Made by a program: the position numbers and the translations under genes. Below, piece after piece: positions 18,303 to 30,161 of a DNA stretch of 64,000 bases; the stretch's first letter is position 1, and every line of letters begins with the position of its first letter. Under the pieces are notes generated by a model, which worked only from the letters and a program-made list of their open reading frames with translations, searched no databases and was not told the origin of the DNA. Origin of the DNA: an uncultured Phycisphaerales bacterium. Its GTDB lineage: Bacteria > Planctomycetota > Phycisphaerae > Phycisphaerales > SM1A02. The stretch lies in NCBI GenBank assembly GCA_938084645.1, contig CALKEP010000033.1, positions 32,001-96,000 of the forward strand. The letters are read 5' to 3'.

Positions 18303-20756
18303 TCAGCCCCGACGGCCGCGGCGGCCTCGGCCCTTGCCCTTGCCGGCCTTTCGATTCCGTCCCTCTTTCCAGCCACCTTCGGTGCCGCGGGTGCCTCGGC
18401 CGGTGAACTCACGGTTCTTCCGCCCTTGCCCCGCCGCCGGGGCGCTCTCCACCGTCGGCGCTCGTTCGACGAATCGCACCACGAGGAGATCCAGTTCGCG
18501 GGCCGCGGGATCGGCTCGAAGGATCCGGACCGTGACCTGGTCGCCCAGGGCGATGCTCGCGCCACTTCGCGTCGCGATCAACCGACCGGTGCGACGGTCG
18601 TGCGACCATCGTTCGTCCCGGCCTCGGTCGTCCCCGGGCGAGGAGAGGCTGGCCATGCCGTCGACGAGGTACCGGTCGAGGCTCACGAACAGGCCGCCGT
18701 TCGGGCGGATGTTGGTGACCACGCCGGGAAGTTCGTCTCCAAGGTGCTTTTCCTCGAGGAACTGGATGACGAGGAAGGTGCGCAGGTCGCGTTCCGCGCT
18801 CGCCGCCGCGACCTCCATCTCGGAGCAGTGCAGTCCGATCTCGAGCAGCTTGCCTTCGTCGACGACCCGGGAGTCGCCTTCGAGGATCGACCGGAGTCGT
18901 CCGCGGGCCTTGCCGCCGCCCGCGCGGCGGCCGTTCTCGGTGTGGTCGAGGTACGCGTCGATCGCACGGTGCACGGTGAGGTCGGGATACCGTCGGATCG
19001 GACTGGTGAAGTGGGCGTAGTGATCGCTCGCGAGCGCGAAGTGGCCGATGATCGCCGGGGAGTAGGTCGCCTTGGTGAGCGTGCGCAGGACGGCGAAGTG
19101 GATGCCTCGGGCGGTCGGGCTCGAACGGGTCGCGTCGAGCAACGACTTGATGTCCGATCGATCCGGTTCCTCGGGCAGATTGAAGCCGATCGCCCGGGCG
19201 TGCTCGCGCAGGTCCTCGATGTCGTGGAACGTGGGCTCGGGATGGACGCGGCGGAGCAGCGGGAGATTCAGGTCGGAGAAGACCCTCGCCACCGCTTCGT
19301 TGGCCTCCACCATGAACATCTCGATGATGGTGTGGGTGAACGCATCGTCCTCGGGCTGCGCATCGACGACGTGGCCGTCGTCGTCGAAGACGAGTTCGAA
19401 CTCCGGAAGCCCCAGCACCAGCATGCCGGCGCGAAGTCGACGGCCGCGAATGGTCTTCGCGAGTCGATCGGCGAGGCGGAGCGCGTCGAGCAGGTCGTTC
19501 TCGTACGCGGGCTCCGACTTGGAATGCCGTCGAGCCTCCTTCTGGTCACCGTCGATCAGGGCCTGGGCCTCGAGGTAGGTGAGCCGCTTCCGCGACCGGA
19601 TCAAGGTCCGGGCGAGCCTGGTGTCCAGAACCCGGCCTCGCGAGTCGAGGGTGATGAACGCGCTCTTCGTGAAACGCGGAACGCCCTCCTGCAGGGAGCA
19701 GACGCCGTTCGAGAGCGTCTCGGGGATCATCGGAAGCACCCGTCGCGGAAGGTAGACGCTGTTTCCCCGGCGCTGTGCCTCCAGATCGATCTCGCTCCCC
19801 GCCTCGACGAAGCTCGCGACGTCCGCGATGTGGACCCCGAGCTCCCATTCCCCGGTCGATTCGTCGAACTCGATGGAGATCGCGTCGTCGAAGTCCTTGG
19901 CGTCGGGGGGGTCGATCGTGAAGACCAGTCGGCCCGTGAGATCCTCGCGATCACCCTCGGGATCCGCCGCATTCCGCTCGAAGGACGCGGCCGCGTTGCG
20001 GGCCTCGTCGAGCAGGGCGTCGGAGAATCCCTCACGCAGTCCGTAACTCTCGATCACGGCGCGGGTCTCGACGTCGGGTTCGCCCGCGACGCCGAGAACC
20101 TCGGTGATCGCGGCCTCGCCGACCGTGAACTCGTCGGGGTGGATCACGAGTTCGAAGACGACCTTGTCGCCCGCCTTCGCGTTCTTCGCATGCGGGTCGC
20201 GCACGATCACGGGAGCCTGCAGCATGCGGCCGTCGGGATCGATGAACCAGCTCCGGCCGCGCTTGACGAGCGTTCCGGCGAACCGGGTCTGGCCGCGTTC
20301 GAGGATTTCGACCACCCGTCCCGTGACCGAACGCCGCAGCGACTCGCCGGTGGGGGCTTTCGACTTCACGGCCCCTCGTCCCCGGTCCCGGCGTGATTCG
20401 CCACGACGCAGGACTCGGCAGCGGACCCGGTCACCCGAGATCGCGTCGCTGTTCTCCCCGCGGGGAACGAAGAGATCTCCCTCGCGATGGGGATGGTCGG
20501 GACGGACGAACGCGAATCCCTTCGGGTGGACCTTGATCGATCCCTCGACCTCGTCGCCGTAGGCGGGCAGTCGGAGGTTGTCGTCGCCGCCGACTTCGAT
20601 GCGGCCCTGCTCGACGAGCAGATCGACCGCCTGCTCGAAGATGGCGGCGTCTTCGCCGGGGATCTGCATCCGACGTTCGATCTCGCTGATCGGGGCCGGG
20701 CGGTAGTTGTCGTGGGTCAGATGGGCGAGAATCCGCCCGGAAAAGCGTGATGGCAT
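18303..20756 (-). CDS. rnr: Ribonuclease R
   Basis: Cold-shock domain HPKGFAFV, TIDPPDAKDFDDAIS, HIADV, HFTSPIRRYPDL, S1 domain, basic tail. Confidence 0.93.
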   Translation of the reverse strand: MPSRFSGRILAHLTHDNYRPAPISEIERRMQIPGEDAAIFEQAVDLLVEQGRIEVGGDDNLRLPAYGDEVEGSIKVHPKGFAFVRPDHPHREGDLFVPRGENSDAISGDRVRCRVLRRGESRRDRGRGAVKSKAPTGESLRRSVTGRVVEILERGQTRFAGTLVKRGRSWFIDPDGRMLQAPVIVRDPHAKNAKAGDKVVFELVIHPDEFTVGEAAITEVLGVAGEPDVETRAVIESYGLREGFSDALLDEARNAAASFERNAADPEGDREDLTGRLVFTIDPPDAKDFDDAISIEFDESTGEWELGVHIADVASFVEAGSEIDLEAQRRGNSVYLPRRVLPMIPETLSNGVCSLQEGVPRFTKSAFITLDSRGRVLDTRLARTLIRSRKRLTYLEAQALIDGDQKEARRHSKSEPAYENDLLDALRLADRLAKTIRGRRLRAGMLVLGLPEFELVFDDDGHVVDAQPEDDAFTHTIIEMFMVEANEAVARVFSDLNLPLLRRVHPEPTFHDIEDLREHARAIGFNLPEEPDRSDIKSLLDATRSSPTARGIHFAVLRTLTKATYSPAIIGHFALASDHYAHFTSPIRRYPDLTVHRAIDAYLDHTENGRRAGGGKARGRLRSILEGDSRVVDEGKLLEIGLHCSEMEVAAASAERDLRTFLVIQFLEEKHLGDELPGVVTNIRPNGGLFVSLDRYLVDGMASLSSPGDDRGRDERWSHDRRTGRLIATRSGASIALGDQVTVRILRADPAARELDLLVVRFVERAPTVESAPAAGQGRKNREFTGRGTRGTEGGWKEGRNRKAGKGKGRGRRGRRG

Positions 20757-20762
20757 GAGGGG

Positions 20763-20768
20763 ATGCTA
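20763..20768 (-). promoter_or_regulatory. -10-like hexamer TAGCAT (leaderless-type position)
   Basis: 6 nt before the rnr ATG on the minus strand. Confidence 0.55.
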
Positions 20769-20824
20769 CCGGGCGGGTCGTCCGCTCGTTCGTCGCAGGG
20801 CCCTGCGTTCGCGGAGGAGGCCGG

Positions 20825-21358
20825 TCACTTCTTCTTTCGCGAGGCGGCGGGCTTGGTGGATTTGGGCCGGGAAGCGGTGGTCTTCGAGGCTGACTTCTTC
20901 TTCGCCCCGGACTTCTTCGAAGGCTTGGAGGGCTTGGCGGGGTCGCCGCCGGTCTTCTGCTTCTGGTCGGCTTTTCGCTGACGACGGGCCGCGTCGACCA
21001 GATTTCCCACTCCGCGACCCTCGCGAGCCTCGTGGGTGGGCGTGGAGGTCGAGCCGGAGATTTTCTTTTCGGGTGGATTGGCGGAGGAATCGTCCGAGGA
21101 CGTCGTCTTGGAATCGCCGGCATCCGACGACGCGTCGGTCTTGGACGTCTCGGTCCCGCTCGTCGTCCGTTGCGAGGATTCCGATTCGGGCGCGGCGGCG
21201 CCGGAACCTCCGACCAGAATCGCCGCGCCGATTCCGATCAGGCGTCGAAGCTTTCGCTTCCGGCATTCGGGACAGGTCTTCTCAGGATCGGAGGTGATCG
21301 ACTGGAAGAGTTCGAAGGCGTGTCCGCAGGCGTCACAGACGTAGTCGTAGGTCGGCAT
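20825..21358 (-). CDS. FmdB-family zinc-ribbon protein with Ser/Thr linker and Lys-rich tail
   Basis: MPTYDYVCDACGHAFE...CPECRK; tail KKSGAKKKSASK...SRKKK. Confidence 0.88.
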   Translation of the reverse strand: MPTYDYVCDACGHAFELFQSITSDPEKTCPECRKRKLRRLIGIGAAILVGGSGAAAPESESSQRTTSGTETSKTDASSDAGDSKTTSSDDSSANPPEKKISGSTSTPTHEAREGRGVGNLVDAARRQRKADQKQKTGGDPAKPSKPSKKSGAKKKSASKTTASRPKSTKPAASRKKK

Positions 21359-21372
21359 CGTGGGGCTCGGGA

Positions 21373-21993
21373 TCAGGCCGTCGGGGGTTCCGCGACGAGC
21401 ATCACCTTGGCGGGTCGGAGCACGACGTCGCCCATGGCGTAGCCGGGCGAGACGTTGATCGCGACGCTCCCGGCTTCCAGGTTCTCGTCGCCGGCTTCGA
21501 ACGGCTTGACGCCGACGGCCTCGTGCTGCCCGGGCTCGAAGGCGGCTCCGGGATCGGCGGTGATGATCGTCACGCCGTTGGATTCGAGCGCCCGGACGAT
21601 CTCGCCGCGGACCATTCCGACGCCGGTCACGACCTGTTCGATCGTGGCGCTGGCACCGACGGACTGCAGGGCGAGGTCGAAGTGATCGAGGGCCGGAAGA
21701 AGCGAACGCACCACGCCGGAGAGTCCTTCCTTCTTCGCGCGGCCTTCGTTCTCGATCGACCGTCGCTGGAAGTTGCGGAAGTCCGCGAGGGCCCGCATCC
21801 GTCCCTCTTCCGCGGTGTTCGCCTGGGCGACGAGCCGGGCGATCAGCAGGACGATCTCCTCCGGCGTCGCGTCGATCGTCTCGTCCGAGACGCCGAGCTC
21901 CACGAGGATCGCCTCGTGCTCGACGGGATCGATCGCGTCGGCGCCGTCGTTTTCGTTGTCGGGTTCGAGCGTGGTGTCAGGTTCGGTCGTCAT
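21373..21993 (-). CDS. grpE: Nucleotide exchange factor GrpE
   Basis: RALADFRNFQRR, LLPALDHF, FEPGQHEAV, GY..LRPAKV. Confidence 0.92.
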   Translation of the reverse strand: MTTEPDTTLEPDNENDGADAIDPVEHEAILVELGVSDETIDATPEEIVLLIARLVAQANTAEEGRMRALADFRNFQRRSIENEGRAKKEGLSGVVRSLLPALDHFDLALQSVGASATIEQVVTGVGMVRGEIVRALESNGVTIITADPGAAFEPGQHEAVGVKPFEAGDENLEAGSVAINVSPGYAMGDVVLRPAKVMLVAEPPTA

Positions 21994-22051
21994 GTCGGGC
22001 CAATCGGATGATCGGGCGGTGGGGATCGGAGACCCCGCCGGCCTTCGAAAC

Positions 22052-23191
22052 TCAGGAGAAGGAGTCCTTGATTCTCGTCCAGAGACTCGGTTCCGCGTCG
22101 TTGATCTCGAGTTCCTCGGTCTCAGCGTACTTCGAGAGGAGGTTGCGCTGGTCCTCGTTGAGCTTTCTGGGAACGACGAGTTGAAGCACGGCCACGAGTT
22201 CGCCACGGTCGCCGCCACGGAGTCGCGGACATCCGTGGCCGGGGATCCGGTGGATCTCGCCGTGCTGGGTTCCCGCGGGGATCTCCAGTTCCACCGCCCC
22301 GCCCTCGAGGAGCGGGACTTCGAGCGTGGCGCCGAGCGCCGCCTGGGCGAACGCGACCGGGACCACGGTCACGAGGTCGTTGCCGTCCCGCTGGAAGCGG
22401 TCGTGCTCCTCGACGCCCACCACGACGTGGAGGTCGCCCCGGGGGCCGTCGCCGGCCGGAAGGTCCTCGGGACGGGGCGGCTCGCCCTCGCCCTGCACGC
22501 GGATCGCCTGCCCGTGGGAGATCCCGGCGGGCACGCGAACCTCGAGGGTCCGCTTGACCGAGATGCGCCCCGCGCCGCGGCAGTCGCCGCAGTGCTCGGT
22601 CACGACTTCGCCGCGGCCTCGGCAGTTCGGGCAGGCCACCACCATCCGGAACATCCCGCCGAGACCCGCCTGCTCGACCTTGCCGACGCCGTCGCAGGTC
22701 GGGCACTTGACCGGCCGGGTTCCGGGCTTCGCACCGATGCCCTCGCAGGTGTCGCAGACGTCCAGTCGTCGGAACTCCACTTCGCGGGTCGTGCCTTCGA
22801 GCACCTCCTCGAGTTCGATCTCGATCTGGGTCTCGAGGTCGTAGCCTCGGACCGGGCCGCGCCGGGCGCGTCCTCGGCCACCGCCGCCACCTCCGAAGAT
22901 GTCGTTGAACATCGAGAAGATGTCGTCCGGATTCATCCGGTTGAAGTCGTGTCCGGGGGTGCTTCGCAGTCCTTCGTGTCCGAACTGGTCGTACCGGCCA
23001 CGGCGATCGGGATCCGAGAGGACCTCGTACGCTTCGGCGCATTCCTTGAAGGACTTCTCTGCTTCCGCGTCACCCGGGTTGCGATCCGGGTGGAACTTCA
23101 TCGCGAGCCGACGATACGACCGCTTGATCTCGTCCCCGGAGGCGGATCGTTCCACGGAGAGGACTTCGTAGTAGCAGCGGGTGGTGCTCAT
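22052..23191 (-). CDS. dnaJ: Chaperone DnaJ
   Basis: J-domain HPD, G/F region, four CxxCxGxG zinc motifs. Confidence 0.96.
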   Translation of the reverse strand: MSTTRCYYEVLSVERSASGDEIKRSYRRLAMKFHPDRNPGDAEAEKSFKECAEAYEVLSDPDRRGRYDQFGHEGLRSTPGHDFNRMNPDDIFSMFNDIFGGGGGGRGRARRGPVRGYDLETQIEIELEEVLEGTTREVEFRRLDVCDTCEGIGAKPGTRPVKCPTCDGVGKVEQAGLGGMFRMVVACPNCRGRGEVVTEHCGDCRGAGRISVKRTLEVRVPAGISHGQAIRVQGEGEPPRPEDLPAGDGPRGDLHVVVGVEEHDRFQRDGNDLVTVVPVAFAQAALGATLEVPLLEGGAVELEIPAGTQHGEIHRIPGHGCPRLRGGDRGELVAVLQLVVPRKLNEDQRNLLSKYAETEELEINDAEPSLWTRIKDSFS

Positions 23192-23224
23192 CCGGATCGT
23201 TTCCCGGAGACGGGGGAGTCGAGA

Positions 23225-23265
23225 ACGCGGGGAGAGCCGGTCGAATCACCGGGCCCTCCCCGCGT
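23225..23265. other. Intercistronic stem-loop between groEL and dnaJ
   Basis: ACGCGGGGAG...CTCCCCGCGT with inner CCGGT/ACCGG; no U-tract. Confidence 0.55.
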
Positions 23266-23282
23266 CGCGTTCCGGCGAGGAA

Positions 23283-24896
23283 TCAGCTGACGGCTCCCTC
23301 GACGGGATCGGTGTCGTCCTTCAGCTCGGTGAGGGCGACGTCGGTGGTCAGCATGAGTCCCGCGACGCTCGCCGCGTTGGAGAGCGCGGTGGTGGCGACC
23401 AGGGCGGGGTCGATGATCCCCGCCTTCACGAGGTCCTCGTACTTGCCGGTGGAGGCGTTGAATCCATGTCCGCCCTTGCCGTCGCGGATCTTGGACACCA
23501 CGAGATCGCCGTCCACGCCCGCATTCGCGGCGATGCGGAACGTCGGCGCCTCGAGGGCCTCCGCGAGGATGTCGAAGCCGAATCGCTCGTCGCCCTTGGC
23601 CTTGCGACGGTTCTCCTCGATCGCGGAGATCGCCCGAAGGAACGCGACGCCGCCGCCGGGGACGTATCCCTCCTTGGCCGCGGCACGAGTCGCGGAAAGG
23701 GCGTCGTCGACGCGATCCTTCCGCTCCTTCATTTCGAGTTCGGTGGCACCACCGACCGAGAGGATCGCGACGCCACCGGTCAGCTTCGCGAGCCGTTCCT
23801 GGAGCTTCTCGCGGTCGTAGTCGCTGGTGGATCGCTCGTACTGGGCCGAGATCTGGGAGGCCCGGCTCGCGATGTCCTTCTTCTTGCCGGCGCCCTCGAT
23901 GAGGGTGGTGTCGTCCTTGGTGACGATGACCTTGCGGGCGGCGCCGAGCTCGGCGAGCTCGATGTCCTCGAGGCTGCGACCGAGGTCTTCGCTGAAGAAG
24001 GTGCCACCGGTGAGGGTCGCGATGTCGCCGAGCATCGCCTTGCGACGGTCGCCGAAGCCGGGAGCCTTCACCGCACAGACCTCGAGCACGCCGCGCAGTC
24101 GGTTCACGACGAGGGCCGCGAGGGCCTCGTTGTCGACGTCTTCGGCGATGATGAGGAGCGGCTTGCCCGCACCCGCGATCTTGTTGAGCAGGGGCAGCAG
24201 GTCCGCGAGGTTCGAGATCTTCTTCTCGTGGATCAGGATCATCGGCTTCTCGATGATCGCCTCGGCCCGCTTGGGATCGGTCATGAAGTAAGGGCTCAGG
24301 TAGCCCTTGTCGAAGTTCATGCCCTCGACGTAGTCGAGCGTGGTGTCGGCCGTCTTGCCCTCTTCGATCTCGACCACGCCTTCGGCACCGACCTTGTCGA
24401 TCGCTTCCGCGATCAGGCCGCCGATCTCGGCGTCGTGGTTCGCGCTGACGGTCGCGATCTTCTGGAGATCGGACTTGCCCTTGCACTTCGAGGCGAAGTC
24501 GTTGATGGCGTCGCAGGCGATCGAGGCGGCGGCGTTGATGCCGCGCTGGACCGCGACCGCGTTCGCGCCGGATGCGACGGTGCGGAGGCCACGACTGTAG
24601 ATCGCCGAGGCGAGCACGGTGGCGGCGGTGGTGCCGTCACCCGCGACGTCGGCGGTCTTCTTCGCGACCTGCTGGACCATCTTCGCGCCCATGTTCTCGA
24701 ACGGGCCGGGGAGATCGATCTCCTTGGCGACGCTGACGCCGTCCTTGGTGACCGAGGGGCCGCCGTAGGACTTCTCCATCACCACGTTGTGGCCGCTGGG
24801 GCCCATGGTGACGGCGACCGCGGACGCGAGCTTGTCCACGCCCTTCTTGAACTCCGCCTGGGCGGAGATGTCGAACTTCATCTGCTTGGTGGTCAT
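23283..24896 (-). CDS. groL: Chaperonin GroEL (copy 2, no GGM tail)
   Basis: [44 protein letters not shown]. Confidence 0.96.
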   Translation of the reverse strand: MTTKQMKFDISAQAEFKKGVDKLASAVAVTMGPSGHNVVMEKSYGGPSVTKDGVSVAKEIDLPGPFENMGAKMVQQVAKKTADVAGDGTTAATVLASAIYSRGLRTVASGANAVAVQRGINAAASIACDAINDFASKCKGKSDLQKIATVSANHDAEIGGLIAEAIDKVGAEGVVEIEEGKTADTTLDYVEGMNFDKGYLSPYFMTDPKRAEAIIEKPMILIHEKKISNLADLLPLLNKIAGAGKPLLIIAEDVDNEALAALVVNRLRGVLEVCAVKAPGFGDRRKAMLGDIATLTGGTFFSEDLGRSLEDIELAELGAARKVIVTKDDTTLIEGAGKKKDIASRASQISAQYERSTSDYDREKLQERLAKLTGGVAILSVGGATELEMKERKDRVDDALSATRAAAKEGYVPGGGVAFLRAISAIEENRRKAKGDERFGFDILAEALEAPTFRIAANAGVDGDLVVSKIRDGKGGHGFNASTGKYEDLVKAGIIDPALVATTALSNAASVAGLMLTTDVALTELKDDTDPVEGAVS

Positions 24897-24978
24897 CGGG
24901 GTGCTTCCCGTGGAGTCATTGTTGAGGTGTGGAGGTGGCTTCGGGGATCGCCGCCGCTCGGGCGGGCGCGATCGTCCC

Positions 24979-25269
24979 TCAGCCCTCGATCACACCGAGG
25001 AGTTCGCTTTCGCGGACGATGAGATGGGTGATGTTCTTGATCTCGACCTCGGTGCCGGAGTACTTGCCGTAGACGACGGTGTCGCCCTTCTTGACGCCGG
25101 GCTTCACGCGCTCGCCGTTGTCGAGGAGCTTGCCGGGCCCGAGGGACACGACCTTGCCCTGCATGGGCTTCTCCTTGGCGCTCTCCGGGAGGAAGATCCC
25201 GGACTTGGTCTTGGTCTCGGCTTCGAGCGGCTTGATGAGGATTCGATCCTCGAGGGGGCGGACTGCCAT
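24979..25269 (-). CDS. groS: Co-chaperonin GroES
   Basis: [25 protein letters not shown]. Confidence 0.97.
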   Translation of the reverse strand: MAVRPLEDRILIKPLEAETKTKSGIFLPESAKEKPMQGKVVSLGPGKLLDNGERVKPGVKKGDTVVYGKYSGTEVEIKNITHLIVRESELLGVIEG

Positions 25270-25352
25270 GGTGTGTTCTCCAGTTCGATCGTCGCGTCGG
25301 AACGCGGATGTGTCTTGTTCGAAAGTCGTACGTGTGATGCGGGGCGACCGGC

Positions 25353-27179
<1,827 letters not shown>

Positions 27180-27450
27180 TCATCGGGGGCCCGGACGTCA
27201 GATCGCCGGGCGAACCGAGGGAAGAACAAGAACCGCGCCAAAACGCGGGGGCGGATGTCTGGTCGCAGGACTTGATGGCTGGATCTCACCGAGCATGCCA
27301 GCCGTGGGGCATCAGGCCGGTTCTACCGCCCTCGCGGGGTTTCAAAGGGGAATCCCGGGGCAGGGATGCGGGGTCGGGAACGACGCGGCCCCGCCGGCAC
27401 CTCCCCGGAGCGGGCTCGCCACGCGACACGGAATGATCGGTCGGCGATGG

Positions 27451-27471
27451 CGGCTGCCATGCTGGCAGCCG
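27451..27471. promoter_or_regulatory. Perfect inverted repeat CGGCTGCCA-N3-TGGCAGCCG upstream of the chaperone operon (candidate operator or terminator stem)
   Basis: 9-bp arms read directly; lies just after the upstream stop codon. Confidence 0.4.
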
Positions 27472-27476
27472 ACTCG

Positions 27477-28322
27477 TCAATCCCGGTTCGGTCGCATCGG
27501 ACTGGATACCAGATCCTGATACCGGTGCTTCTCTCGGAGCAGGGGAAGCGTCGCCCAGAACGCATTGGCGACCAGGTAGAACGTGCCGATGAGCACGAGC
27601 GTCGACGCCGTGAGGCCGAGGATCCTGACGGTCTCGAAATCACCGATCACGGCGGCGACCAACTCGACGCCGACCGCGAGCAGGAGCGGCGTTCGCGTCT
27701 GGATCGCGGTTCCGGCCTGGCGGTAGGCCAGGGCTCTCCGGCCCGCCCGGTCGAGCACGTCGCAGAGCCCGAGGACGATGCCGATCATCGCGGCCGATCG
27801 TGTGACGGGCACCGCCCAATCGGAGGCGAACGGTCCGAGACTGGTCACCAGGATCGCGACGACCCCGCCGGAGATCAGGGCCAGGAGGGCGGTGGGCGAC
27901 GTCATGCCGGGCCATGAATACCGGGCTCGTATCGTCAGGGTCACCGCCACCACGACCATGACGGCGCCGATCATGCCGATGATCCACGACGTGTCCCGAG
28001 GCAGCGGATCGGTGATTCCGAACGCGGCGGTCGTGGTCGACCACCAGGCGGCCGTGGATCCCAACGCCCAGATCAGGGCGGCGATGGCCAGCGTGCCCAC
28101 GGCGGTGGAGACCAATCTTGGACTCGCGAGCGCCGATCCATCGATGGTTTCGAGGTCGATCGAGGCATGGAGGGATGCTTCGACCGGAAGCCCGCATTCC
28201 GGGCACCGATCGGTGATCGCCCGGCCGATCAGCGTGTATCGACAGTCACGGCAGGGGAGCTCCGCCACGATTCGCCCACCCTCGGCATCGGATTGTGCAC
28301 CAGAATCGTCGAGATCCGCCAT
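27477..28322 (-). CDS. Membrane protein with N-terminal zinc ribbon
   Basis: CRDCRYTL...CPECG followed by about six hydrophobic segments; GGAGG SD before ATG 28322. Confidence 0.78.
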   Translation of the reverse strand: MADLDDSGAQSDAEGGRIVAELPCRDCRYTLIGRAITDRCPECGLPVEASLHASIDLETIDGSALASPRLVSTAVGTLAIAALIWALGSTAAWWSTTTAAFGITDPLPRDTSWIIGMIGAVMVVVAVTLTIRARYSWPGMTSPTALLALISGGVVAILVTSLGPFASDWAVPVTRSAAMIGIVLGLCDVLDRAGRRALAYRQAGTAIQTRTPLLLAVGVELVAAVIGDFETVRILGLTASTLVLIGTFYLVANAFWATLPLLREKHRYQDLVSSPMRPNRD

Positions 28323-28437
28323 TCGGCCTCCCGGGGCGGAACCCCGCCACAGGGTCGATTCTCGATCGGTCCTTGTCAACAGAATTCGAGACCCGGGTGG
28401 AAGCCTCGATCGGGGATCTTCTTCGGCGCTCGACTCG

Positions 28438-28443
28438 TATACT
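28438..28443 (+). promoter_or_regulatory. -10-like hexamer TATACT
   Basis: 9 nt before ATG 28453; no SD. Confidence 0.55.
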
Positions 28444-28452
28444 CGACGATCC

Positions 28453-29382
28453 ATGCAGGACTCCCTGAACAAGTTGCGTGAGTCGATCGCCTCCGTCTAC
28501 ATGGGCAACGCCCGAGTGGTGGACCGGCTCGTGGCCTGCCTGCTCGCCCGTGGCCACGTCCTCGTCGAGGACGTGCCCGGGGTCGGCAAGACGGTGCTGG
28601 CGAACGCGCTGGCCCGATCGATCCACGCGGACTTCACCCGGATCCAGTGCACGCCGGATCTGCTTCCCACCGACATCACCGGAGCGGCGGTGCTGAATCG
28701 CCAACGCGACGACTTCGAGTTCCGCAAGGGGCCGATCTTCGCCAACATCGTCCTGGCGGACGAGGTCAATCGGACCACGCCTCGCACCCAGTCGGCGATG
28801 CTCGAGGCGATGAGCGAAGGCCAGGTCTCGGCGGAAGGCGCGATGCACCCGCTGCCGGAGCCGTTCATGGTGATCGCGACCCAGAACCCCTACGAGTTCG
28901 AGGGAACCTACTTCCTGCCCGAGAACCAGCTCGACCGCTTCCTGATGCGGATCAATCTCGGGTATCCCGCGCCGGACGACGAGGTTCGGATCCTCGACGT
29001 GCAACCGGCCCGGACCACGCTGAAATCGCTGGATCCGGTGCTCACCCGGGAGGACGTCCTCGCCCTGCAGGCCACCACCGACGCGGTCCGGCTCGATCGA
29101 AGTCTCGCCGACTACATCATCGCGCTCGCGACCGCGACCCGTGAAGACGGTGACCTCCGCGTCGGCCTGAGCCCGCGAGGTTCGCTCGCGATCGCGCAGG
29201 CGGCCCGCGCCACCGCGGTGCTCGCCGGTCGCGACCACTGCATCCCCGAGGACGTGGTCGAGAACGTGCTTCCGGTCTGCGCCCATCGCGTGGTCAGCAA
29301 GACCGCGATGCACGAAGGCGACACCATCACCGCCCGCCGCATCATGCAGCGGATTCTCGAAACCGTTCCGAGTCCGGTGTGA
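28453..29382 (+). CDS. MoxR-family AAA+ ATPase
   Basis: [43 protein letters not shown]. Confidence 0.94.
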   Translation: MQDSLNKLRESIASVYMGNARVVDRLVACLLARGHVLVEDVPGVGKTVLANALARSIHADFTRIQCTPDLLPTDITGAAVLNRQRDDFEFRKGPIFANIVLADEVNRTTPRTQSAMLEAMSEGQVSAEGAMHPLPEPFMVIATQNPYEFEGTYFLPENQLDRFLMRINLGYPAPDDEVRILDVQPARTTLKSLDPVLTREDVLALQATTDAVRLDRSLADYIIALATATREDGDLRVGLSPRGSLAIAQAARATAVLAGRDHCIPEDVVENVLPVCAHRVVSKTAMHEGDTITARRIMQRILETVPSPV

Positions 29383-29389
29383 GCTGGCG

Positions 29390-30061
29390 ATGAAGGCGGT
29401 CGTCCTACTTTCCGGCGGTCTCGATTCCGCCACCGTCCTGGCCTGGGCGAAGGCCGAAGGTCGTGAATGCTTCGCGCTCTCGTTCGACTACGGCCAGCGG
29501 CATCGGATCGAACTGGAACGGGCCGCGGAGCTCGCTGATCGGCTCGGCGCTCGCGAACACCGGGTGCTCTCGATCGATCTGCGGGCGTTCGGCGGGTCCG
29601 CGCTCACCGACGACATCGCGGTGCCGAAGGATCGGGTCGACGGTCACGGCCGGACCGCCGGCGAGCCCGCCGAGGCGTCGATCCCCATCACCTACGTGCC
29701 CGCCCGGAACACGATCTTCCTCAGTTTCGCGATGGCCTACGCGGAGGTCCGGGCCGCGGAGGAGATCTGGCTCGGGATCAACGCGATCGACTACTCGGGA
29801 TATCCGGATTGCCGGCCCGAGTACCTCGCCGCGTTCCAGCGAATGTCCGATCTCGCGACCAAGGCCGGCGTGGAAGGGCACGGACCGCGGTTCGTCTCGC
29901 CGCTGGCGGAGCTCGGCAAGGTCGACATCGTCCGAAAGGCGAACGCGCTCGGCGTGCCGATCGATCGGACGTTGAGCTGTTACGACCCCGATGACGACGG
30001 GACGCCTTGCGGAAGGTGCGACTCCTGCATTCTCCGGCAAGCGGCGATCGCCGAAGCCTGA
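29390..30061 (+). CDS. queC: 7-cyano-7-deazaguanine synthase
   Basis: [31 protein letters not shown]...CGRCDSC. Confidence 0.96.
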   Translation: MKAVVLLSGGLDSATVLAWAKAEGRECFALSFDYGQRHRIELERAAELADRLGAREHRVLSIDLRAFGGSALTDDIAVPKDRVDGHGRTAGEPAEASIPITYVPARNTIFLSFAMAYAEVRAAEEIWLGINAIDYSGYPDCRPEYLAAFQRMSDLATKAGVEGHGPRFVSPLAELGKVDIVRKANALGVPIDRTLSCYDPDDDGTPCGRCDSCILRQAAIAEA

Positions 30062-30090
30062 CCGGCCGTCGCGTCGCCCGATGGAATCGC

Positions 30091-30125
30091 ATCGCCCCGC
30101 GGAAGCGATGCTTCCGCGGGGCGAT
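30091..30125. terminator. 16-bp perfect inverted repeat between convergent genes
   Basis: ATCGCCCCGCGGAAGC-GAT-GCTTCCGCGGGGCGAT; no clear U-tract. Confidence 0.6.
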
Positions 30126-30161
30126 CTCCTACTGGTTCGATTCGGGGACGTCGCCCGCGAA

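Noticed and set aside
28453..30061. ATPase plus QueC as a Qat or type IV CBASS defence system
   Set aside because: QueC is a canonical 223-aa enzyme, the ATPase is MoxR-type, and there is no TatD, TGT or cyclase nearby.
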